Both the position numbers and the translations under genes were made by a program. DNA of 64,000 nucleotides. It comes from Octopus bimaculoides (lineage: Eukaryota). Positions 39,530 to 53,493 of the stretch are shown here, in pieces. Within the stretch, counting starts at the first letter, position 1. Every line of letters begins with the position of its first letter. The notes below the pieces were generated by a model that saw only the letters and a program-made list of their open reading frames with translations, made no database searches and was not told the origin of the DNA. The stretch is taken from contig NC_068996.1 in NCBI RefSeq assembly GCF_001194135.2, positions 13,108,852 to 13,172,851 on the forward strand, in the 5' to 3' direction.

Positions 39530-41400
39530 CCTGTATACATGAAATATCAAAGAGCAGTATTGCAGAGACAGGCTCTCAGAGACGAAAGGACTTGGTCTGG
39601 TCCACACGGTGTTTTTTAAAGTTTGGTTATTGTATACATAAACATTCGCATGTAAATTACTTTAACGTCAGAATGAAATATATCTGGTGGTTAAATAAAC
39701 AATACATAAAACTAAATTTAATTTTCAAATATTGGACACGTGTTAATTTGAAACACTACGGCTTTCATCAACTATTGATTCACCCAAATTCAGTGTTTTA
39801 AGTTCTTTTTATCTTTGTCATCTGCTTATAACTGGTGTGTAACCGATTTACAATGAAAGGTGCAACCTGCGTGCTAAGCCTAATTTTAGGTGCTTCGTTT
39901 TTCTATTAGTTTCCTGAAATTTAAGTTTGTAACCGTTTAGTAGCAGGAACATATCTTGAACAAGAATGTATTTAAAGTATAATAACCTGTATATTTTTGT
40001 TTGCACTTATTGTATAGTGTGTTGTATACCTTCGAATTTGCACTTAAGTTCCTTATTCCCTTGTCTTTTTTTAAATGTTAAACGTAATTTGACAATAACG
40101 TGGGGGATAGTTTTGCTCCTGTATCTGAATGATTAAGTCTGTTGTGAATATCAAACTTGGAATGAACTTTTGATAACCCATATGTCAGATGAATGCTTAG
40201 AAACGCATCTGCTGGAATGAATGTGGTTAATAATTGCGGAGGGGTGGTTAAAACCTTTATTGCTCATTCGTTTGGCTTACGATGTGAATAATGTTTAGTT
40301 GTCATCAGGTTTAGTGTTATGTCTATTTTAGTGTTATACTATTTTTAGTCCATTACTTCTCGTAACTTTTAGATTAAATGTTCTGATTATACTAAAACGT
40401 TTTCCTGACTTTGTCCATATCGCACCCGTTCTTATTATGAGATATAATACGTCCATCATGTCTATCAGGTTTCTTATTGAGGGCTTTGTTATTCTATGTC
40501 CGTTTTTGTTATTCTATGTCTGATAGTTTCGCGCCCACAGATACCTATAAAAAGCTTATTTCTTTGTTTCGTAACACTGAAAGCTTTATCACTAATTATA
40601 ACATCCATATATTCATTATTGTATAAAGACTAATTTGCGTTGTGGTGGCGTACATTTTACCGAATTAGAGATATTACAGAGTATCATCCATCTATTTCAG
40701 GACAAAATAAATGAGTGGTACTTCACACTATGGAACTAGATAAATCTACAGCTAGTCTATTTATTGCTAGTAGTAAACGATTTCATACTAGTGCTGCTAA
40801 AATTATATTGACTTAAGTTTGTTATTGAACTAACTTCTATATTTATGGAATTTAATATGTTTTTATTGACTAGACCCAGTTTGCTTTACACTGGATTAAT
40901 TAGATACGCATGGAATTCGCTATAAAATTACTCTATAATCCTTTATAGATAAATATATATAGCAGCAAGAAATGCACAGTTGATTTTATTTCTTAAATAC
41001 TATATTGACGTTATTGAGTTAAATATTGCAAAGAGAAATTTCTCTGCAATATGTTTGAACATTAATGGTTTATGAATTTTATTTTGTAGATTTAGTATTC
41101 AGAAGTCTTCTTCGTAGACGTTTAGTTAGGAAGAAGTATTTTTTGCTGCATGTACGGAGGCATTCAGGAGAATCTATTTTAGCTGTGTAGGTAAGCTATT
41201 CGGCTTGTCATTTATTAGGTTCTATATGTTTAGACTAGATTTTAAGCCTCATTGTATCTATTTCTTATCTTTTGGATGTTTGCTTCGTGAGGATTTCTGT
41301 TTGCTTCGTAACTTCAACTTATAATTAAGTTTTATTGACACAGCTTTTATTTTCTCATTCGCCTAGTGTAAACATTTTGTGGGGAATGTGATATTTTTCA
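39530..41400 (-). mobile_element. Old, highly decayed Penelope-like element
   Basis: Scattered minus-strand remnants include FTC..NV.YTIT...KK..V.QTK (GIY-YIG-like, ~39590-39670) and LK*MDDT (YxDD-like, ~40680-40700). Boundaries are uncertain. Confidence 0.4.
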
Positions 41401-41911
41401 CCGAATGGATTGACTATGATTCAAAAACTACACACTGCTATTCAGCATTATCTTCATACTGTGCTCATTTGGTGGGGTTCAAACTAGGTTGCTCTGAGTT
41501 TTCACGCTTAACGGCTCTTCTGACGGCAAAAATCAAAACATAAAAGATGAGCAGCAAATTTAAGATCGCGTAAAAATGTATATGTCCTACTGGCTTAACA
41601 CTTCCACGAGTGATTAACAGGCTAATTAAGCGTAATTCAGTAGGAAGAATTTGGGAGTACCACATGGAATATAAAAGTAAAAAAAAAAAATACTAAAAAA
41701 GAAAAGAACCCAGCTGAGTTTGTATGATAATCTAAATAATTTGAAATTAAATAAAATTTAAGTAAATGAAGGGAAACGCCATGCACCTGTTCAAGAAACA
41801 TCAATTTGATGGAAGGAGCGAGCTGAAGTACAGCACATATATTTCATCATTATAAACAAATCATTTGTGCAGGTCGTTCGGTTTGCTTCGAAGGAGTCCA
41901 TCACCCCCTTC

Positions 41912-42008
<97 letters not shown>

Positions 42009-42506
42009 GAATATAGAAACGAAAACCTGAGGTATATAAATGTAAGATCTAATCACCTGCCTTCTTTATTTATTAGTCTGCATAATTCTCTCTTTCTTAT
42101 ATTCTGACTGTTAGAAAGAACAGAAATTTATAACCAAACGAACACTTTTAGTATTTTTTGTATAATCATTTATATTCTTATTTTGACTTTATTTCTTTAT
42201 CCTTTATCTATGTATTTAGTATTTTCATTGTAAGAGTATCTTATCTCTCCTTGAATCTATGGTTTTCAGATCTGTCTGTGAACTATTGTAATGGAACAAT
42301 GAATGGAATGCCGCATTTCACCTGTGGAGGTGCATTCCACACCAGAGATGTAAGATAACTGTTCAATTGCACAACAACTCACCTATGAAGTAAATGTGAG
42401 AAAATGCTTCGAAACGATCGTAGTGGTTTTGAATCTCGTTAATTCCGTTTTCTGTCATTTATATATTGTATATACACACGCGCGCGCATGTGTGCATGTA
42501 TGTATT

Positions 42507-42556
<50 letters not shown>

Positions 42557-42639
42557 TACACACACACACACAAATATATATATACATGCACACACACACA
42601 CATATGTACATGTATAAATACACGCACACACACATAGAG

Positions 42640-42735
42640 ATTAATGCAGAAGTTATTTGCCAAGGTACTACGCAGTGGGACTGAACTGGGAACAATGTGT
42701 TTGGGAAGCAAACTTCTTACCATACAGCCATGCCT
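42640..42735 (-). mobile_element. SINE family B head
   Basis: Reverse complement of ggcatggctgtatggtaagaagtttgcttcccaaacac..cagttcagtcccactgcg. Confidence 0.85.
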
Positions 42736-42822
42736 GCACCCACCCACCCACCTACCTACCTACCTATCTGCCTTCCTGCCTACAACAAACATATACACAC
42801 ACATATATGTATATATGTGTGT

Positions 42823-42857
<35 letters not shown>

Positions 42858-44589
42858 CTCTCTATATAATATACTTATGTATTTATGCATGTATATACTG
42901 CAGAATGTGTCTGAGGACTTCCACTTAATCTGTGCCCAATTACTTTAAATAAAATTATCTCTCGTATTCGTGCTTACGCTTATGCCATTAATGCCAGTGG
43001 CTGCAACACCAGTTGACATTTGATCTCTAATCTTTAACCTTATATCTGTATCAAATTTAATTTTCCTTGCGAACTTACCGTACCCTGATTGCACCCGCTG
43101 TGTGTTTCCCTAATTAATGCACTCAGCTTTACTGTGTAGCTTTAATTAATTAATTGATTCAATTAATCCTTCTAAAAACTTTAATAATTTAAGTCTTCAC
43201 TCTTATAATGGCCACACGCTACGTTATCTTCTTTTCAATTACCAGTATTTCACTTTCAGTTATAATTAATTTGTATCTTAGTAAACCTATAAATTAGCTC
43301 CTTCACTATGTTTAATATTATTTAATCTGCAACATTTTCCTCAATTATACATTTATCTCCCATTTGTATTTTATGTTTTATTATTTTCCGTTAATTATGT
43401 TCTGCAACAATTTGCGAATTCTCCTCCTTGTCCCATCCACCTATATTTATTGTTAAATCATGTTGTAAAGCGAATAGGTTGCTAATAATTCCACTTTATA
43501 CAGAATTGTGCTTCACTCTTGTATCGATAGCAGTATATGATAGAATTGTGAAGAAGCGGAGCTACGTGCAGACATTTAGAGTAATGATATGCCACCGTCC
43601 GAAAAAAATTTATAACACTAAAAGTATATTTTTCATAGTAAAATATATAGTGGTCAAAACAGATAAAAACATTCCATACTGATACACATACTCCTCGTCT
43701 TTAAAGGAAAGCTATATTTAATACAAATGTTCTGGATTTACGAAACATAAAAAATAAACAAAACATACGGGAAAATACTGGAAAAGTCATACTGAAACGC
43801 TTTTTGATTATTATAGACCTTGCTAATCAACTCTAATCTGGAGCTGAACAACGACGATGATGACGACAGCAAAGGCAACAATCGCCGGTTGAGAATTCCT
43901 TTGCCTTCCAAGTCACAGTCTTTGAGACGTTGAGAAAGATCATGGGAACTGTAAAGTCCCTCGACGGCAACAAAAGTATCATTAACAATAACAATAAAAA
44001 AAAACCAATGACAACAATTATGACAACGATAACGATTTGTGATTCGTATTCCAATACAAATGGTATTACCAACCACACTTTATCTAAGCTACCAAAATAC
44101 GTTGTATTAGAAATAGGTACCAACAATGGTGGTGGGAAGGTCCGAAAACAGTATAGTAAAAAACAACCTAATTTCATTAAACAGCCACAATATGCAATCA
44201 CAGCAACACCTTACTCTTCAAATTCATGGACAAGTTAACTACTTATATTCCCCATAAAATCTGCCTCCCTATCTGAGACAGTTCAACACATTAGATAATG
44301 TGGTCCCAGATGCACAATGATCAAGTGACAAATTAGCAGAGTCATTAGCATCGGATACAATGCTTTAGAAAACAATTTTTACCGATAGAAGCAGTAGTAA
44401 TACCAAGAAGTAGTATTTTTCCCCACTAGTGGATGTTGTGTTAGAACACAAAATACTAAGAGACCCTCACATATAGACCTCTGAAGAAATATAAGCACTA
44501 TTATTTATATTGCTAGCGGGAGATAAATCACCCACCATTGTCACCGCCACCACTACCAGTTCATGTGATTTCAATCTTCCCTGGTCTTA

Positions 44590-44670
44590 TGCTTTCCGAG
44601 TTCAAATCCTGCAGAAGTCAGCTTTGCATCTCATCCTTCAGAAGCTGATAAAATAAAGTTCCAGTCTTTC
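44590..44670 (+). mobile_element. SINE family A fragment
   Basis: ttccgagttcaaatcctgcagaagtcagctttgcatctcatccttc..gataaaataaag. Confidence 0.65.
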
Positions 44671-47028
44671 ATAAGGTTAAGTTCTTTCTTCTTTGTCTAT
44701 CTCTCCCCCACCTCTTCCTTTCTCCTTATAGAAACTACATTACTTTGTGTGAGGACCTTGGTGAACCATTTATGGCGACTCTTTCTTCAAAATAGAGATG
44801 AGTTGAGCGATATACTGACATAATCTTCTCATAGAAAAACCCTATATGCTATTGGAAACGTCCAAAGAATGACAGATGTGCAGTTCCGTATGAAGGAGAA
44901 ATAAATAAAAATTATAAAAAGGAAGATGCCGAAAGTTATTGTCATATAAAGAAGTGACTGTCATAGCTGGAACGTCTTTGATCTACGTGGCCATTCAGTT
45001 AGGGCTGATCTAAAGTAAAGCAGAGACTTTAAAAAATCCCAAACAAAATCAATAACAAGTGATATTTAATTGATTCGATTTATTTTACATTCATATTGAT
45101 CTTAATGAATTAAATATTAGAACGAGTTTCTTCAAGAAGATTAAAGATTAATACTTAATGCATTTTATTTAGTATATTTACAATTTATTCAAAATGGTAC
45201 TCCGTAGATGTTGAGTTATGAAGAATTATTCTAAAGGAATATCATTAAATCTGCTAACATCTTTATTGATATTTTGATGCCAATGTAAATTACATTTGAG
45301 CGCTTCAATCTTTCTTTTCTATGGTTCTATGACTGGAGATTCGGATAGTTATTGTAACACTCCGACTCACACTAGATATTTTTCAATAGTTCAAAATTAC
45401 AAATAGGATTCGTAGGATGATGGATTCTTTTTATTCACAACATGTACCGTTACCTTAAGAAATACACTGAACATTTAAAACACACGCATACACACATACA
45501 TACATATATATATAATATATATATATATANNNNNNNNNNNNNNNNNNNNNNNNNNNNNNNNNNNNNNNNNNNNNNNNNNNNNNNNNNNNNNNNNNNNNNN
45601 NNNNNNNNNNNNNNNNNNNNNNNNNNNNNNNNNNNNNNNNNNNNNNNNNNNNNNNNNNNNNNNNNNNNNNNNNNNNNNNNNNNNNNNNNNNNNNNNNNNN
45701 NNNNNNNNNNNNNNNNNNNNNNNNNNNNNNNNNNNNNNNNNNNNNNNNNNNNNNNNNNNNNNNNNNNNNNNNNNNNNNNNNNNNNNNNNNNNNNNNNNNN
45801 NNNNNNNNNNNNNNNNNNNNNNNNNNNNNNNNNNNNNNNNNNNNNNNNNNNNNNNNNNNNNNNNNNNNNNNNNNNNNNNNNNNNNNNNNNNNNNNNNNNN
45901 NNNNNNNNNNNNNNNNNNNNNNNNNNNNNNNNNNNNNNNNNNNNNNNNNNNNNNNNNNNNNNNNNNNNNNNNNNNNNNNNNNNNNNNNNNNNNNNNNNNN
46001 NNNNNNNNNNNNNNNNNNNNNNNNNNNNNNNNNNNNNNNNNNNNNNNNNNNNNNNNNNNNNNNNNNNNNNNNNNNNNNNNNNNNNNNNNNNNNNNNNNNN
46101 NNNNNNNNNNNNNNNNNNNNNNNNNNNNNNNNNNNNNNNNNNNNNNNNNNNNNNNNNNNNNNNNNNNNNNNNNNNNNNNNNNNNNNNNNNNNNNNNNNNN
46201 NNNNNNNNNNNNNNNNNNNNNNNNNNNNNNNNNNNNNNNNNNNNNNNNNNNNNNNNNNNNNNNNNNNNNNNNNNNNNNNNNNNNNNNNNNNNNNNNNNNN
46301 NNNNNNNNNNNNNNNNNNNNNNNNNNNNNNNNNNNNNNNNNNNNNNNNNNNNNNNNNNNNNNNNNNNNNNNNNNNNNNNNNNNNATATATATATATGGTA
46401 AGGAGACCTGATTCACATTTTATTCCACCTCCCCACATACTACAAGAAACACCTATATTATTCCGCTAGGTGAATACTCTCATGAATCTACATAAGATTT
46501 TTGAATTACATTTCCAAATGGTTTCGTTGACAGAAATACCACGTATCTTTCTAAAACCGGTGTCATAATTTATTTCTTATTATTTAACGCAACTAGATAT
46601 TATAGTATTTTGAAGAACGCCATAAACCTGTGGCAACCTGTAAGGAGAAATAAACCGTGTGGAATTATAATGGTAAATCTCTCAATATTCGCTGAAACAG
46701 TCAGATTGAAGAATAGCATTCATGAATTTACGCGACATTCTCAAAAGTAAGACTGCTTTATGCTCGTAGTAAACAGTAGTAAAGAAAACATGTGAACCCA
46801 CCATCCAGTTAGTATAGCATGAACTATAGAAGCAACGATTACCTAATTGCGCGATCTACAAGAAATGGTAGTCAAATCTTTCTCAAATCGAGGTCCACAT
46901 AAACATAGGAGGGCGCACGTATATTTTTAAAAAGTAAACGGCTAATTAACTGATGAACTCAATTACGGAAGTACAGACGCATTTACGTACTCACTTATTC
47001 AAACACTCACAATCTCCTGCATTCACAC

Positions 47029-47060
<32 letters not shown>

Positions 47061-47164
47061 TTACACACACACACACTTACACACACACACACACACACAA
47101 CAACTCATTAACACACTCTATCCTATACACCCTTATTCACTCACTGACCTAACTCTGTCACTCG

Positions 47165-47345
47165 TGCTAAAAATAGCAGTCAAACATTTCTCAAACTAAT
47201 ACCGTAGCATAATAGAACATATTAGATAATGAAGTCTTAAATGAATAGAGAAATAAATGAATAAATAAAGGCAGTAGGGATGGTCACATGATCGCAGCTG
47301 GAATTTCTTTGATCACGGGTATGTTCGATCACCAATGACTTTAAG
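47165..47345 (+). repeat. Dispersed repeat with core aaatagcagtcaaa / gatttggctgctat
   Basis: Related cores occur at ~24590, ~46865, ~51745 (minus) and ~59010. A related gctggaa..tttgatc segment is at ~44965. Confidence 0.45.
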
Positions 47346-47759
47346 CTGAAAGTATCACCACCGCCGCCCACGACGCTGACACCACGCCTTCACCACAAAT
47401 AGCAGCAGCAGCAACAGTAACAGCAGCAACAGTAGTAGCAACAAGTATTATTTTAGTAATTCAGTTCCAGATTTTACAATTCTTACTGGAAAAAAAAACA
47501 CAAAAAAAACAAAAAAACAAACAAGAAAACCGAAAAGCAAAATGAAAGAAAACAATATTAAAACACAAATAGTTAAGCAAGAGTCGAGATAACGTGTGAA
47601 GCCAGAAATTTTAATTAATCAAAACTCAATTACTGTTGAGGAGAGGCAAGTACTGGGGTCAGCTGATTCAAAGCAAGAAATAAAGACAGAAAGAAAGAAG
47701 GAAAGAAATAAGGAGAGAAAGAGAGAGATAGACCCACCTTAGTATTTGATGGAACTATA

Positions 47760-47875
47760 TTTTATCGAAATAAAGGATGAAAGGCAACGTTGACCTCTGC
47801 AGGATTTGAACTCAGAACTTAAAGGGCTTGAAGAAATACTGCAAAGCATTTTGTCCAGCGCTTTAACGATTGTAA
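47760..47875 (-). mobile_element. SINE family A head
   Basis: tgaaaggcaacgttgacctctgcaggatttgaactcagaac..aaatactgcaaagcattttgtccagcg is the reverse complement of the family A head. Confidence 0.8.
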
Positions 47876-50409
47876 ATCGATCGATTTCCGCCCGCCCGCT
47901 AGCCCTCTACCTTACACACACAAACACACAGAGACATGCACTTGTGTGCATATGATTTACAAAAGCGAGAAAAAGAATCCCAATCATACGCTTGTGTATG
48001 CATGCAAAATAATTTATTACATTTCTCGCTTCATACTATTTGTTTTTTGTTTTTACTGTGGCACATACCAAGGAATTTACAGAGGAATCGAATGAAACTT
48101 TTCGATGTCCAATCCTATTAAAACGATTTAGCAGCATAAGAAAACTAATGCAGCTTCAACGGGGAGTAATAACAATCTTGTGGATCCATTTCGGAGTACT
48201 AGTACTTCACTTATTTTATATTTCGTATTCTTAAAGTACAACGACTTAATAATTATATGCGTGCGTTACCTTAGGAAATGCATTAAGCCTATAAATTTTA
48301 ATTAATTAAAACTGCACCATTAGTGCTGTGAGCAATCATTACACACACGACTGATTCCAGCACAAAAAGCAAAGGAGCCTAAGCTGGAATTTTATTATAT
48401 TTAATTAAAATTAATTAATTATGAAAACCTGTAGAGAGTGAGTCAAATGTTTAGCAGTGCAGTGACTGGTTACGTTTCGGCTTTATTAGACCTCCTCAAT
48501 AACGCGGCGTCTAAACCTCAATTGATAAATGTTAAAGTGGCCAGAAAATATAAGTATTTTCAGAATTAACAGTAAAGATAACTTCATAGTTAAAAAAAAT
48601 TGATTGAGAAAAATTTCTGACTGGTGCCCACCACTCAAAACGTAGTAAAGTGGGATCTAACATTCCTGATATATGAGGGTGAGAAACTTATTTATTAAAA
48701 TCACACTTTTAGTGTTAACAATTTTCTAAATGACTAAACCCAATAAAGAAAAAGGCATGGGAGAAAATATTGGTATTTTTATTAATTAAAATTAATATAT
48801 ACCGACTACAATTCTTACCAGCTCACCTGTCAATCTTTCCTAATTTTCCCATAATACTCAGTATCAAAATATCACCAAAATAAAAATATTCAAAAGGAAA
48901 TAAATATTTTAATTTTAAAAGATGGCCCTCATTATATATTAGAAAACTCGTAAACCCTTAATAATTTTGTAGCTGAAGCATCAACAAATTTTCTATATAA
49001 CACATATAATGTAGAGTCATATTAGACAGTATAAATACCAATCCGAGATGAATAAATAACTAATGTCCAGTACACACCACATACAATTGGTGCTTAAATA
49101 TTTTAAATATACTTTTACATTGAATATGTTTTACGGTTAATTCATTCATAAAATGCTTTTCTAATTTATTTTCTCACTTGTGAAATTAACTTTCAATGAC
49201 TCGATGCCAGTTGTTTCTCCACGTATGCAGCATTCTTTCAGCTTAAATTCAACCCCTCTAATCTTCATATTTCTTGAATGAGAAGCGTTTCTTTTCGGGT
49301 GGTGCCCATGTTAACGTTACCCTCTGTATCGCGTCCTGTTCACTTCAATTTGGCCATCTAAACCGGTGACGCCTTATTTCAAAGACCTTGTTATTGCAAC
49401 CTGCTAAGCGATATTGCTCCTCACTTCATACATTGAGACTAGATGAATCGGTAGATTTTATTTGGGCTGTTTCCACCTAAAATTGCTGACACCAGATGGT
49501 ACAGAACGAAGGGATATCTTTGTTAAATCTAAAGTGATTTTGCCGCTTCCAATCATCGTAAACCCTTGTCTATGTCTATTGTTTATATTAAGGAGGACTG
49601 GTTCTATAAACGTTTAGATTTTGGCCTACGGGTTCGTAATCAGATGCGAAATTACAACTGTTCCGTCGGAATTCCAATATATTTGTTACTTGACCTGTCA
49701 TAGATTTAAGTTTATGACTATTTTCAGTATAAGTTTACGCTGCACGAATGACTTTTATTTATTTAAGTTTCTTGCGACAAAAGATAGAATTAGGAAAGTG
49801 TTTCTAATTCATTGTCCAGCACAATATATTTTATGAACAAACAAATGAAAGCCTGTCTGTATGACCTGGTCTTCACAGACTTGCTTATTTAGAACACGAT
49901 ATTAGTGATTAATTACTTCAACTCTTAGTGAAGAAATAGTGTCTATTAAATTATAAATAAAAAACGACGTGAAAACCTTTACCCCTTTAGAATCAGACTT
50001 GCGTGGTTTTGGCACACCTCACATGATGTGTGAATAACTTGTCTGAAGGATTCTGGTCACTGGTTTCTTGTTGAGAGATAATTAAATTTGATTCATTAAA
50101 ATGATTGATAACTTAATAATTTCACATTACTTATATCTTTAGAAAATTTATTGAAAAGCAACCAATTTTAGTAATATAAGAGAATCTTGAAAAATTATTA
50201 ATGTCGCAGTAAGTTGCCAATCTTCAGCAAAATAAGCTACAGACTTGGACCAACAATTAGAAAAACAACAAAAGGGTCACTGACATGAATTTTTAACTTC
50301 TGCTGAAAAATATGAATCCGAAGAGTGTCGTCTCACAATGTTAGGGTCTAAAAAATATGCGGGCAATAAAGAGGCCAGGGAAGTTCTCCAACAGACTACT
50401 TTTTCCCCC

Positions 50410-50468
<59 letters not shown>

Positions 50469-51019
50469 NNNNNNNNNNNNNNNNNNNNNNNNNNNNNNNN
50501 NNNNNNNNNNNNNNNNNNNNNNNNNNNNNNNNNNNNNNNNNNNNNNNNNNNNNNNNNNNNNNNNNNNNNNNNNNNNNNNNNNNNNNNNNNNNNNNNNNNN
50601 NNNNNNNNNNNNNNNNNNNNNNNNNNNNNNNNNNNNNNNNNNNNNNNNNNNNNNNNNNNNNNNNNNNNNNNNNNNNNNNNNNNNNNNNNNNNNNNNNNNN
50701 NNNNNNNNNNNNNNNNNNNNNNNNNNNNNNNNNNNNNNNNNNNNNNNNNNNNNNNNNNNNNNNNNNNNNNNNNNNNNNNNNNNNNNNNNNNNNNNNNNNN
50801 NNNNNNNNNNNNNNNNNNNNNNNNNNNNNNNNNNNNNNNNNNNNNNNNNNNNNNNNNNNNNNNNNNNNNNNNNNNNNNNNNNNNNNNNNNNNNNNNNNNN
50901 NNNNNNNNNNNNNNNNNNNNNNNNNNNNNNNNNNNNNNNNNNNNNNNNNNNNNNNNNNNNNNNNNNNNNNNNNNNNNNNNNNNNNNNNNNNNNNNNNNNN
51001 NNNNNNNNNNNNNNNNNNN

Positions 51020-51198
51020 GAAAGGCCTGGGTTGTACCCGAACCTTCCGAGTTCTTTTGCGAGTCTTTGAAAAACTAAAGGGCCGGTGTAATAAGCGTGT
51101 GTATCTGAGAGGGGAATATGCTGTATAAAATCATAATTAATTGATCCTCCTGTATTTTCTTTTACCCAAAACCAGGAATTTAGCAGCACTCACTCGTG
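51020..51198 (+). mobile_element. Mariner 3' end including the terminal region
   Basis: Homologous to 21255-21418 (aaggcctgg..aaccttccgagttctt..ataaaatcataattaa.tgatcctcc). It continues to a TIR-like end ccaggaatttagcagcactcactcg. Confidence 0.75.
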
Positions 51199-51390
51199 TA
51201 TATGTGTGTGTATGTAAGTTTGTATAGAAACTAATGAAAGACAGCAAAGTTTTAGTTCTCTAAGCTGAAACAAACTATCTGCAACTGGCTCCATTTTGAA
51301 AAAGGACACTATACTCTTCTTATCGATTCTACTACATTGTATAACTCTTGCCGTCGCAGACCAACACCAGCCATTTTGGAATCTGTTTGA

Positions 51391-51442
<52 letters not shown>

Positions 51443-51498
51443 NNNNNNNNNNNNNNNNNNNNNNNNNNNNNNNNNNNNNNNNNNNNNNNNNNNNNNNN

Positions 51499-51543
<45 letters not shown>

Positions 51544-51817
51544 ATTGTCTAAAACAGTGGGCAGTGTTAAGATTACAGTTGTCGTTCGACTTCGTGTCAA
51601 CTCTAATCAGGGAGGCCTATTTTCAAAACCATTCTAGCCAATGCAAAACTGTCTTGGTGAGGGCGTGGTGGGAGAAAAGACCTAGGATAGCATTAGCAAA
51701 AATGGCATTATCAGTGAAAAGTGGCGGGGTTCAGTTTGAGCGAGATTTGGCTGCTATATCTAACATGTCGCATAACCATGTTACTACGTTATCAAACTTT
51801 CAACGGTTTCAAGATAG

Positions 51818-51931
51818 CCATATTACTAATTGAGAAACACATTACTAATTGATGGACATATTGCTAATTGACAGACATATTACTAATTGAGAGACATATC
51901 GCTAATTGATACACTTACTGCTAATTGGATA
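51818..51931 (+). repeat. 19-bp minisatellite x6, consensus ACATATTACTAATTGAGAG
   Basis: Units start at 51818, 51837, 51856, 51875, 51894 and 51913. CTAATTG is invariant in all six. Confidence 0.9.
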
Positions 51932-52299
51932 AGATTGTACTATTTGGCAAAGAATTTGTCCATTAGAAGGTCTTTCACTAAAGTAAATGTCGTCTGTGAC
52001 ATGGCAGTGGACTTTGACTGCGTATAATACCTATTCTCAGAGCCACTAGAAAAAGGAGCATATATATACAGGGCCAGTCAAGCAAAGAGCTAGAAATAAT
52101 TCCCAAAAGTTCCTTATCTTGTGGTTTTGAAAAACGAGAACAATATTTAAGAAAGTATAGTCTTTTCCAAGACCCACGATGACGTTTGAATGCTTCTATC
52201 ATGAGAGTGTTTTCGTTGTATGAAAGGCAGCAGCAATTCAAACTGCAAGTTTCCCTTTTACGATATTGATAGTATATGGGTAGAAGGCAAAGATCAACA

Positions 52300-52530
52300 C
52301 AGTCGGGCGCTTGCCGTCGGAGACGAACTCAGGACGCAAAGATCTGCAGCAAATACGACAAAACATTTTGTCCAACGTTATAAAGATTCTACCATCCCAC
52401 CAGGCGACTGGTATTTTATTTTATCAGGCCAAGTGGAATGAAAGGCAACGATAACTTGGAGTGGAATTTGAACTCAGAATGCAAAGAGCCGGAATAAATA
52501 TCAGGAGGTATTTTGTTCGGTCCAAGCGAC
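52300..52530 (-). mobile_element. Two adjacent diverged SINE family A heads
   Basis: gaactcaggacgcaaag..aaatacgacaaaacattttgtccaacg and ggaatttgaactcagaatgcaaagagccggaataaata..gtattttgttcgg. Confidence 0.7.
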
Positions 52531-52939
52531 TATTGGTGATTCATCACATTAATCTAAGCTTCACAATAATTAAACATCTGCAACTAAGATGCCGTCGGTC
52601 ATAGATATCCCACATTATCCACCAGTTGCTAAATAACAGGGACTGTAACGACAAGAAAGCCTGATTAAAAAAAATATGCGACTGGTAGAACACTGCATAT
52701 GAAACAATGTTAATAGTAAATCCAGGAATGAGCGTTTTGAGTGTTGGTAAGTTCGTTGTCTTAAGCTGTGAGAAAATGCTTGCGTCTGGAACAAGTCTCC
52801 CCCACCTCCAAGAAGATGTATATGATATCAGTTAACGGTATCATACAGACAAATTATTCACACATCATATGAAGTGTACTAGCAACATATATATATAGGA
52901 TTCTAAAGATTTTTTAAAACACATTTCGTATGTGTGTTT

Positions 52940-53029
<90 letters not shown>

Positions 53030-53440
53030 TAATAATAACAATACCCTTCGATAGAATTCATAAACATTTCATGCATCACTAAGCGCGTTTCCGCAATTTA
53101 CATGTCACTTAAGATCACAGTTTGTATTCGTGGGATGATTACAGTGTATTCCGTACTATCCGTGGTCCCTGGATAAATCATCTTCATAGATTCATTTCTT
53201 CAGGCGATAGCACATTAATGGATGTTTAACAGAGGGACGTTTATCCCTTTCGATCAGTGTGTTACGTGTGTACTTTTGTGGGCATTTGATGGGGAGGGAG
53301 GAGGGAAGATGATGGAAAGAGAGAGAACTGAATGGTAGTTATATGAGGACGGAGGTATGTACGGAAACGCACGTAGCGATGCATTAGACTTTCATAAATT
53401 CCATCGAAGGGTATTGTTAATATTACTACACACACACACA

Positions 53441-53493
<53 letters not shown>

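Noticed and set aside
51818-51931. Possible CRISPR-like array (also 13306-13408)
   Set aside because: The units are contiguous with no unique spacers, the context is eukaryotic, and there are no cas genes.
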